Positions 43,620-54,209 of a DNA stretch of 64,000 bases are shown here, piece by piece; the stretch's first letter is position 1; each line of letters starts with the position of its first letter. The stretch lies in assembly GCA_973851085.1 (NCBI GenBank), contig OZ316776.1:9858001-9922000 (forward strand), written 5' to 3'. The position numbers and the translations under genes are program-made. The notes under the pieces are model-generated. The model was not told the DNA's origin, did no database searches, and was given only the letters and a program-made list of their open reading frames with translations. Origin of the DNA: Ptychomitrium polyphyllum (taxonomy: Eukaryota).

Positions 43620-45300
43620 TTAGAAGGGCCTCAGAACTGAGTCTGTCTGAAATTCTAAACATGTGCATTGCAAAGAGAATGCCATCATCAGTCCAAGAAC
43701 ATGAGATGGGCTTATCACCTCAAAATCACTTGATGCACCAGGTACATGGATCTGATTAGCTTGTCCTCCGACCTTGACTTGGAATTCTTGGTGCATGGGC
43801 AATGGGCATGAAGAGTATTCCATATACGGTACAGGCTACTTGAACACCATTTGGACTTCCAAACAGCATCCAAAAGAAACAAGAATTGTATGTTACACAA
43901 GCCATAGAGGATAAAATAGAAGTAGATCCATACAAGATGTATTATAGGCTTTACTTCAGTTTGCACTTCTAAAGTACTGAAGAGGACTCCACAAATTTTT
44001 CATTTGACCGAGGGCCAAAACATGAGGTACATGAAATTCAAACTATATATTAATTGATTCATGAAAATGATTTCCATCTTCAATGATCTATTTGTAGATT
44101 AAGGAAACAAACATGGCATGACACATCATAACAATCCAGAGGTGAATAATCTTATTTGCCCAAGGAAACAGCCCTTGATTCAGGCCAGTTTTTAAAACTT
44201 CAGTTCTCTCATTCACACAGAACTTAACTTTGATATTACCACTTTCACAGAGTTAACTGTGCAAGCTTTTGACAGGTAACTGAGAATAGGTGGCAGAGAT
44301 ATTTTTCAATCCATAAAGAACTTGAATATTGAAAGCTGCCTACCCCCTAGGGATCATTGTTGAATGAGATGGAGACTGGACAAATAACACACTGAACACC
44401 AATATTCATTTGAAAAGAGAAAATAGAAACCTTAAATTAAAATTTTAAAATTTTTAAAATAAAATAAATGAAACATTGTTTGGTGTTTGAACTTCTATTC
44501 TCAGAATTAAAGACGCAAAGCGTAACTGATGGTCACATCCTTCAAATGTACATAGTCTTGTAAGTCCTATTTAGTTTCTGAATTTACTTAGTTTTCACCA
44601 GCTTAAATGTGTACCTAACTCGTTTGGTCACATCCATATACATTAAGCCATTGAATTCTACAAAGTAATATACCAGAAAGATATGGCATTGGCAAGGGAG
44701 AATAAGTCATATATGATTTTGATTATGAGCAGATGGATCCAAGTGAACTTATGTAAGAATACATGCTCATACAAGAGGTTCATAATTGCATCACTGCTAA
44801 TACAAAGTTGATTTGAAGTTGCCATTGTCCTTGATGTAGCAGGCTACTTCTCTTACAGATGTATATATACAATATGTACATTTGTTCTACTATGTATTGT
44901 AGGAGTTTGTCATTTAAACAAATAGTTTATTTACTTCAGCCCAAAAAAGAGCAAGATCTTTTCTTACATTTGCAGCTTCCATGATGAGTTATAGTTATTA
45001 CACTCTTTCCTTGCCAGAGGGTAACATAGATGATGCAGGTCTGCTTTGTGGTGATGGAACTGCCTTCATACTAAACCAGATCTGGACAGATAGAAACTTC
45101 TGCATCCAGTTGTTATGCACTTTAACCAAATTGGGTTATTACTGTGTAATGTATGGGGTCACAATGGGTTTGATGGATTGATCAATGTCTTGTCAAGCCC
45201 ATTCAGCCTTTCAGCTTAGAATTATGATGTGGATAAAAGTCTACAAACACAAACCCAGTCAAAGGAGGTACAGCCCTGCCAGAAGGAGAAGCTGGCCTGC
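43620..45300 (-). mobile_element. Decayed L1-type LINE ORF2 3' half (RT C-terminal region to zf-RVT)
   Basis: Minus strand WMQKFLS (45108) and DLALFW (44941) are in one frame ~55 codons apart (cf. WxxKxLSxAGR...RxFLW); then ANAISFW (~44680; cf. GNGxxIxFW); then AVWKSK...IWNTLH (~43860; zf-RVT-like). Confidence 0.5.
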
Positions 45301-48300
45301 TAGATGTGATATAAGTTACTCAACCTCTACTTAAAGTGCACCAACACTTACAGCACGTAAAGATGACAAAATATAGCTCAAAATTACTCTGATTTTAGTG
45401 GTTACTATAGACAAAGTGGCTGCTTCTCTAGTACATTTGGCTTCCAACACATTTTTATATGGTGGAAATTTCAAATATCTTCTAGTAGTGCTAGATTTTG
45501 TAGGACACGAAAGCACCATGTAGTATCTTCAGGTAGAGTTATATATAATTTTCCTTTGAAAATACTTTAATGATAAGAGTGTTTTATTATTCTTATTCTT
45601 AAAAAAATAATAAGTTTAAGAAAATACATCACATAGATTGTGATTTTGCAAACACACCATGATATTCACTATTCTTAAAACAACAATCTTAAGGTAAATA
45701 CTATAGTGCCTTGGAATTGTGTAAATCAACCATATTGAGACAAACAAACCATTTTACGCCTAAAATACATCAAATCAATCCTACAGATTTTTCAAGATAA
45801 TTATTTTGTAAGAAAAATAGTATTGCAGCATGAAAAGTATTTCATCCATTCACAAAGTATTAGTATCCCAGTGTTGCAAAATACAATCCTACTTCGTATT
45901 TTAACTAGCATTTAAGTATTAAATATTAAATTTTAACCTCAATTTATATAATGTATTTATGCATGTTTTTTATTGTGCTATTACTATATTTCTGTTGGTC
46001 ATTATAAATCAACCATTAATATGAATAATATTTGAAATCATGTATTTTAATGAAAATTTATTTTTGAAATTAAATTATATTTTGTAATCATATACAAAAC
46101 ATAAAGAAGAATTTATCATATTTTCAATACGTGTTTTTGAAATACTATTTTTTATTAAATTAAAATTTTAAATTTTTAAAAAAATATTATGATTTTATAT
46201 GGAACGGTCTTTAAAATATAATTTTACATTCATATATGTGAAATATTTGAAGTTGTATTGGTAATCATACTTATCTTTATATAGAATGGTTTATCAAAGA
46301 TGGTAAGAGGTAAAGAGTAAAACATATATACAAGACAATTATATAATTTGCAAACTTTGATTTTATTATGGTATATGAACACTTATGTATTTTATATCAT
46401 ATATGGCCATTTATTCCTGATATTTAATCCATATTCAATCAATATAATAACTATTTTAACTTATATGATTAATTTTTAGTTATTATATGTTAATATATAT
46501 CTTAATCATCATGATGTGCGGTTTATTTGCTTGTGCTTCATGAAAAAATCAACTATAATGTTATCAACAACAACTTCTAATGATGCTTGCAAAAACCATG
46601 ATTTTTAATATTAATTCAGGGTATTTGAAATTTAAAAATAATAGATAACTAATATTCATAATTGAATTTTTGCCTTCTATAAGGTTTGCCTTTGGATTTT
46701 GACTGGCAAATAGTTTTTGAAAAAATAAGGTGACATAAACTTTGTACTATCATTGGTTATTATATATGAGTATTTTGTCTCGAATGTTTGATATAGACAT
46801 ACTTATAGCCATATTTATAAGATGTCAAAAATTGGCAAGAAAATTTCTTGATTTCAAAGGTTGAATTTAAGTTTTTAAAAATTTTAATTAAAAAAATACA
46901 TGTTGGTGATAATTTCATGTAATTTCAAATTATAATGTAAATATTATCTTATTATCTTTAGAGTCATGGTCTTTACCACTCTTCATAACATCAATGGAAC
47001 AAAAAAAATTGGTATTTTTAAAATTTAAAGAAAATACCATTTTGATTTAAATTTCTTGTTTTTCTTTCTCCACTATATTGTGCAAATTTACAATCCAAAA
47101 TAATACATGTACAAGCTTCAAGACTATATATTTGAAAATCATTATAAAATATATATGTTTTTTTTGTTGTTGTGCATAATTGTTGATACATGTGCAATTT
47201 TTCATTATAACGGCTATATGTAACTTTTGTAACTTAAATTGTAAATTTTTAAATTCTTTAAAGAAAAGCTCTTTCAAAGAATTTATATATATAAGGCAAC
47301 CTTTAACATGCATACTTTTTAAATTAAACAATAAAAAATACAAAATCTAATATGTTTTAAGGAGCACATCTAAAATAAATCATAAAGTAAATTGAAGATG
47401 TAGTTTAAAAAAATGAATTGTATATAAACATTATACTGCACAAAAAACTAAATGAAGTTAAAGTGGTACTTTATAAATTAGGAACAATAAAATTGTGGAG
47501 TGCCAAGTTATGAACTCCTTTTTTCTTTGAATAAAATCTATTTCATAAATATAATTCACATTCAAATTCCAATAAGCCTATTTGAATAGTTGCCATTGAT
47601 TTATTATGAGTAATACAAGACGATATGCTTAATATTAAGTTTACAAAAAGAAACCTATTGTGTTTTGATTGATTAAATTTTGAGTATTATAGCAATATAT
47701 AGCTTAAATCGTAGTGAATAATAATCCAAATAACAATTAATTCCTAAAGCACAACAAATTTTTTAGATCCAAATCACATCATTATTTTTTAAGACTTCAA
47801 AGGTGTAAATGGAAGTGATATATAAAAATCTCAATTGTACAATTTTGTATTAGGTGACATAAATTGAAAGATTATAATGCTTAATGTTAAAAAGCAATTC
47901 TAAATTCTAGTCAAACAATACTTTGGAGTTGAAATTTTATCACAAATCTACATTAATTAAATAAATTTTACTTCAAAAGTTGTTTAATATCATTATAAAA
48001 ACACAATGGTCTGAGTTTTTAAAATTGAAAAGCATTGATGTGTTCTGAAATGACCATTTATATGTTTAAAGATGACCAAAATTCTACAAAAACAAAGATG
48101 TTCAAAATCAAAATCATTTTTATTAAAATTCATGCTAAACCTTTATAAAATCTTAGATTGATGCAAGACTATTTTTGTCTTGCCTGAATGCAAGAAATAT
48201 AACCCTTATAATTTTTTATCATCCAAGGTTATAACGTTTGTAAGATGATGCCTTTAAAGTGAAGTATATTTCATTTTGAAGGCAAGATTAATAAGAGAAT

Positions 48301-48899
48301 ACAATTGCATTGAAAGTTCTACTAAATTGACATTATATGCTTATAGAAGTCATGCATGTTAAAATAATAACAATACATGCTTGTGAGGCCATTGAAGCTT
48401 TCACAATATAGGTAATGTTTGTGTACAGAGAATATTTACTCAAAACAATTTCTCACAATGTTTTTAATGAGATGCGGAGAGAGTATAGATTGTAATATGT
48501 ATTTTTGGAGGAAGGAAGACATGAAGTGATGTATGTTAACAATATTTGATATCACTGAGTTATATAGATTGAGTGTTAATTCTATGTTGTCATGAGTAGG
48601 TGTGCCATGGGTTTCTGTAGCTTGATTGTAATCACAATAAGGGCCAGAAGCTCACTTGTTGCAGCACACATTGTATATAAATGGGAAACATCCACACACT
48701 CAATGAATGCACTTGTATCCAGTAATTCCCAGCAGAGGTGGAGTATTTCTTTCTGTGTACAGGCCTATTTTTTCCCTTCTGGTTGTAAACACACCATTTC
48801 ATCAATACCAATTGGCATCACTCATTTTTCTCATTGTAATCATTCCACTTTTCAAATGGTACTTGGGCACATTTCTAATGGTCCACCCTAAGCTGCACC

Positions 48900-50959
48900 C
48901 CTACCATAAACACGGCATCTACAGATGACGGTACCTTGTGGGCTACATATTACATCAAAGCAAACCTACCAAAGATTTATTTGTGGGCTACAATATTAAT
49001 ACAGTTGCTCACATGTGTGAGCCCCCAACTTTCCTCCATAACACAACCAAGCAAATCTTTCCGCAAATTGGTAACACAACTAACTGATTCCCTACACAAG
49101 CCATTATGCAATAACCCACACCTCCAAAGTTCAGCTCACTTCCAACTCCAAAAGAAATCTAAAAAATGGAAAGATAATATAAAAGAGATCACATTACAGT
49201 AACCTCCTATAGTGAGTGAGTGCGCCTGCGTAGTAAGAATAATTGTACTGAGTAGGTAAAAAGAAGAGAATAGACCGGAGGGTACAGAGGGAGTGAAAAC
49301 AGGGGGGGAGGCAGTAGAGGACACACGAGAGTACTCGTAGAGTATCTACGTATGGTATAGATGTGTCGGTTGTGCCGGAGGGGGAGGGGAGAGCAACGAG
49401 AGGGGCTGGAAAGAGGGGCCTCTACAAAGTGGAGGAGGGGGGCCCGTCGAAGGGGAAAATGCCTTTTCTTACACTGGCAGCTGAGGGAAGGGCGGAGCAG
49501 CAGACGGCTGAGGAATGCCGGAGCTAGGAATGCTCTCTTGGCAGTGAGGCAGAATGGTGATGAAGCGGCCTGCTGAGAACCTGAACGACCACTGTGAGTC
49601 TGGCCCTGGGCATATCTAGAAAGCAGGAAGTTGTTGTAAGTTCAAGGGAGGGAGGGAAGCAAGGGAGGTGGGGACGCCCAAGCACTTGTTCCGCACTGTC
49701 TGGGACGGTCTTGACAGACAAACTATCAACAGTCTTTCCCAAGTCTTCTGTGCTCCCAAGTAGGTTAGTGTTACTCAGCCTTTCCCTTGTGTTGTGATGC
49801 TTCTCCATTAGAACCAAAACAAAAGTGTCACTTAGTTGAAGACTAGCGCAACAAAGAGACACCATCCTGTCGTTTGCTTGTCGTTCGCAGTAGTAGTACC
49901 ACTATCACTGTCCCTAACACTACCACTAGGCTAGTTAGAGGGTGGGTTGGGACCCAGGTGCTCACTTGGTGGAATACACTACTATGACAGACATAGAGAG
50001 AGGGAAAGGAAACCCGATTGTGATGACGACGATCTAGTGTTGATGATTGATACCGGAAGCGTCCACAGTTAGTTACTGTGGGAAATACTGAAGGGCAGGT
50101 GGGGCTGGGCCCGGGGAATATCAGTTTTTTTGGTTTCATGTTGATGGCTTTGAGCATTTTGAGTTGAGTTCACTTTTGCGTCCGTTGTTGAGCTCGGGAG
50201 AGAGAGAGCGAAGAGGGAAGGGAAGACTTTTGTGTATAGTTGCTGTATTGAACATCGAGTGGCCGGCTATCCCTCTCTGAGCTAGCTAACACTGCCAGTT
50301 TTGGTCGAGGTGGGCAGAAAAACAAGCAAGGGTTTTGAAAGTGGCGTAAGTGGGTGCAGGTGTGTTGGTTTTTGTGGACTCTCAAGGATCATCAGAAAGT
50401 GAAGAGCTTTGGCAGGAGGTGGGGGTTGTGTGGGCACTGGAAGTTTGTTAGCTTCGATGGTGAATCAGTGAACCTTTCGACGCTGGGTTTTCGCCAAGCA
50501 TCCACTATTACATGGTTCAGCCTGTCTTGTGTGTGCTCTTCGACGGGGATTGCAGGGCAGCTGAGCTACGTAAGGGCTAAAGCTGGGGAGACCAGACTAC
50601 CAGTTCGCTACTACACTCACAGGTTAAGAGACAGTAGTGTAACAATATCAACTCAGTCGGGTGTACTAGTGAGATCGTTGGGAGGCTCTCTCCTAGCTGG
50701 GAAGATTGGGGGAAAGAGAACACTGGACCAGGAGCTGGTCCGTGTTATACCGTAACCTTCACCCGGGTGAGCTTCCAAGGCGGGCATTTGTGGGGCGCTC
50801 AATGGACTTCTCCCTCAGCTCTGTGGCGACCACCACAGGGCTACGACGAAGCAGCAGCAGCAGACTTGGATTTGGGCAGAAGTGTTTTCTAGTGTCGACG
50901 TCGGGTTTGGTGGTGGGGTGAACGAAGCTGCAACGGAGTTACCGCGCTAGATACTGTCA
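48900..50959 (+). promoter_or_regulatory. GRF promoter / long 5' leader region
   Basis: Abrupt switch from AT-rich, CpG-poor sequence to GC- and CpG-containing sequence; purine (GA/G)-rich tracts at 49255-49460 and 50195-50225; immediately upstream of the CDS. TSS not determinable. Confidence 0.6.
50802..50921 (+). other. Candidate upstream ORF (39 aa, MDFSLSSVATTTGLRRSSSSRLGFGQKCFLVSTSGLVVG) ending 38 nt before the GRF ATG
   Basis: ATG at 50802 (context CTCAATGG), TGA at 50919-50921, out of frame with the GRF CDS. Confidence 0.45.
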
Positions 50960-51398
50960 ATGCACCAAACTATGAGCTCACCCAACTCGCCAGGGTCGCT
51001 GTCGCCCAACAACCACCTGGGTCTGAAGCAGTGCAGATCAGCGTCGGAGATGGACTTGGAGGACCGGCGTGGCGGCGGCCCCTTGAAGATGGCGCGCACA
51101 GACTCGTTCCACCGCCAGTCCGACCTCAAGATGCACATGAACGGGAGCCCCAGCGGGACAATGGTGCTCAGCAGCAGCATGGTGAGCGATGGGAGGCTAG
51201 GCTGTTCCCCCACGAACTCTTGCGCTAGCGACGGCTCGCTTTTGGGCAACGACCACGGTAATGTGGTCTCCGATGCCCGGCTCCTTAGACAAGATTCCTT
51301 GGTGTCTGCCTCTGCGTACTCGGGAGCTCAGGGCGGCGCTCGAGGGCCGCTTTCCTACCACCACCTCCAGTCTTCTGCTTACCACTATAAGCCTTCGG
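50960..51398 (+). CDS. GRF: GRF coding exon 1 (N-terminal region)
   Basis: GC-rich open frame [12 protein letters not shown]...[15 protein letters not shown]...HYKPS; donor G|GTAAAC at 51399, phase 1. Confidence 0.85.
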
Positions 51399-54209
51399 GT
51401 AAACTTCACCATGCACTTCAGAGTCTTAAGCTTGCGTTGAGAGTCATAATCAACTTAACCCAAGCAGCTGTTTAGATTGGGTCAGCCATCTTCCAAAGCT
51501 TGTTAACGGTTGGTGTGCCGGAGATGACATTGTGTTTGCCGACTTCAGTTGGTGGTTTTCAGTCCAGGTTGTGAGTGACTGCTCCCGCTGATCAAAGGTG
51601 TCACCTTCGGACCGTACTTAAGGCGTTGATTCTTGTCGACATGCATAGGGAGTTGCGACCAGTGGCTAGGCTTCTAGCCACGTACTGGTTTAGGAAGTCA
51701 GTAGATTGCTGGTTTTCTACACTTTCTTCAATGCTACTGTCTGATCGAGTGATCTCTTCAAGCAATTTTAGACCATAGCATCTGCGGTTTGGCCGTCATC
51801 ACTTGGGGATATCTTACTTTTGAGGAGTAGCTTTGAGTGCAGTAGTGTCAATGCACTAGAAATATATACAGTGATCAAGTTTCTGATGTTCGGTTGGCAC
51901 TTGGTGTGTATGCAGGCGGCGGTCTCTCGATGGGGAGGGAAAGCATGAACCCCATGGGCCAATCTGTACACAATCCTGTCAGCGGCGCTCGCGCTCCCTT
52001 CACCACCAGCCAGTGGGCGGAATTGGAGCACCAAGCACTCATCTTTAAGTACATGATGGCCAGCGTCAACGTCCCCAATGAGCTCTTGAATCCAATTCGC
52101 AAGAGCGTCGCTTCTATGAACGGGCTCGCCAACCATCACGCCGCAAACCGTTAGTCTTTAACCTTCTCCTTCTCTTTACAATGCAGGCCAATTTAGAACC
52201 ACAGCTACGCGCAATTGGGACACATAACATGTACAGTTTTGGTTTTCTCAGATGTGGGTATGCATTAGGTTTCTGATGTTTGGGTTTTTGTTTTGCAGTT
52301 GGCTGGGGTGCGTTTCACTTGGGCGTGGCCAACAACACCGATCCAGAGCCTGGCCGCTGCCGGAGAACCGACGGGAAGAAGTGGCGGTGCGCGCGCGATG
52401 TGGTGCCGGACCAAAAGTACTGCGAGCGCCACATGCACCGCGGTCGTCATCGCTCTCGCAGGCCAGCGGAAGGGCAGACGTCGTCCGCCTCCCAGTCTGG
52501 CTCCGCGACTTCGTCAGGTCCCCAACCCGCCATTGCGGTCGGGGCGTCCCGCACCTCCACGCCCACCCCAGGCTCCAGCTTGACGCACAGCAACCTCCGG
52601 CCGTCCATCCTGTCCGGAAACTCGCAATCTACCACCAGCCTCGGTGGCGGCGGCATGGGCTACAACAGCCCAGGTGGTTCTGGCGGCCTCTCCGGGGGCT
52701 CCTCCCCGGCGGCCTCATCTGGCCAGTTCCAGCTCCCTGGGCTTTCCTCCGCTACTGGCACCTCGGGTTTGACCAGCAAAGACTATCGGTACTTTCACGT
52801 GACCCCAACCTCCCTTCCGTCCTTGCATTGACCTTCCCACCAAGTAGCCCTTATGTGCGCACATGAAACTCGCATGGCTGCCATCACTCTTACACGTTCA
52901 CAACCTTCCTTCATAAAGGCTAGATTTTCATGCGTTACCTAAATTTTCCTGGAAAGATTTAAACAATGTGAGGTGCATATGCTCATGTCTGTCGGTTACG
53001 AGACAATGTTGGTTTCAATGATGTACTGATGGATTCGGATGGTTTAGGTACACAAATGGCATGACGGTGAAGTCTGAGATGGGGATGAACCCGGAGCAGA
53101 TTCTGTTTTCTGAGGCTTCGGGAAGTACGCGTGGGTTGAGCCAGGAAGCGCAGTCGTTGAGCAATCTGTCGCGGCTGAACACTACGATGAACAAGTCATG
53201 GCAGACGATGACGTCGTCGAAAGTGACGCCCACCCCGCAGCAGCAGCCCAAGGGGAGTGGAGGGAGCTCCCTCCTGAGCTACACAAGTCCGCAGATGGGC
53301 GGGCTCCTGGGGCAGGACTTTGGGCTGATGCCGGAGACGAGCCAGGTAAATCTGGCGGCCATGGCGGCGTCGCAGCAGCAGCACTCGTTTCTGAGCAACG
53401 GCTATGGTGGGGTGGAGACGGCTGGGAGTGTGGGCGGGCGTGAGTCCAGCGAGGGGCAGCCACTGCGCCATTTCTTTGACGACTGGCCGCGCTCACGCGC
53501 AGACCCGAGCGCGCTGGCATGGGGATCTGACGTGGAGGACTCGGACCGCGCCACCAGTAACGCAGGCAACAATTCTGGCACTCGGCAAAGCAATCACACG
53601 AGCAACAACACGCAGCTGTCGATCTCCATCCCGAACATGACGGCCGCGCCATCGTCCGGGGATTTCAACTCGCAGAGCAGCGGCGGCAGCCCTTCCCGAG
53701 GCAAGTTATCTCTCTCACCCTTGAAGCTCTCCATGTCCAGGGCGGGTGACGACACATCTGACATGGGCCTCGGCGTTGGGGATGGCGTTGCTGGGGTTGG
53801 GGTTGATGTGCCTCACCATAACCACCAGGACAATGACCAGGACCGTGCATGGGATCCCATTTCATGGGAACCCACCTCTGTTGGTGGGCCTCTAGCCGAA
53901 GTTCTGCAGTCGGGTAATGTCGCTACTCAGACTGGTGGTGCGAATGGATCAGGTCTCAACCTTCTCTCCGATGAATGGCTCGACCACCATCACAAGAAAT
54001 CGTCGTCGTCCCAATCCCCCGGCCACAGTGTCGCCTCCCCTGTCGACGTCCTCCACAAGTTCACTTTTGCGTCACATTCTGATTCTAGCACTAGCACTAG
54101 TAGCGCCAGCAGCCCGCGGGGCGTGTTGCCTGCCAATGACCCGGCTGCGGCTGCCGCTGCTTCCGAGCCTGTCCCTGTGCCCTCTGGGCCAGCTCAGCTT
54201 AATGTGTAG
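50960..54209 (+). CDS. GRF: Growth-Regulating Factor (GRF) transcription factor, 4 coding exons: join(50960..51398,51916..52149,52299..52788,53048..54209), 2325 nt = 774 aa + stop
   Basis: QLQ domain ([31 protein letters not shown]), WRC domain ([41 protein letters not shown]), and C-terminal [18 protein letters not shown] and GGPLAEVL motifs. Three GT-AG introns have matching phases (1,1,2) and the joined length is divisible by 3. The start could alternatively be ATG 50972; an in-frame TAG lies at 50948-50950. Confidence 0.96.
51916..52149 (+). CDS. GRF: GRF coding exon 2 (QLQ domain)
   Basis: Acceptor TGCAG| ending 51915; encodes QLQ; donor C|GTTAGT at 52150; phase 1 at both ends. Confidence 0.95.
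52299..52788 (+). CDS. GRF: GRF coding exon 3 (WRC zinc-finger DNA-binding domain)
   Basis: Acceptor TTTTGCAG| ending 52298; splicing restores L-G-W-G-A-F-H-L-G before the WRC; ends SKDY-R with donor CG|GTACTT at 52789 (phase 2). Confidence 0.95.
53048..54209 (+). CDS. GRF: GRF coding exon 4 (FFD/TQL/GGPL C-terminal region)
   Basis: Acceptor TTTAG| ending 53047 gives [11 protein letters not shown]...LFSEASGS, in frame with the 382-aa ORF ending TAG at 54207-54209. Confidence 0.93.

Noticed and set aside
188..49202. Numerous 60-100 aa ORFs in the AT-rich region
   Set aside because: Low-complexity I/L/F/K/N-rich translations, often TTG/GTG starts, no exon structure; chance ORFs or TE debris
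49985..50003. TGACAGACATAGAGAGAGG resembles miR156/157
   Set aside because: An indel, a mismatch and a wrong 3' end; no complementary star arm nearby to form a hairpin
50346..50555. Possible 5'UTR intron (GTAAGT at 50346 to TGCAG at 50555)
   Set aside because: Several alternative donors and acceptors exist in the leader; cannot be resolved without transcripts
52252..52866. 204-aa ORF and other overlapping or antisense ORFs across 50947-54323
   Set aside because: Shadow frames of the GC-rich GRF exons; no motifs
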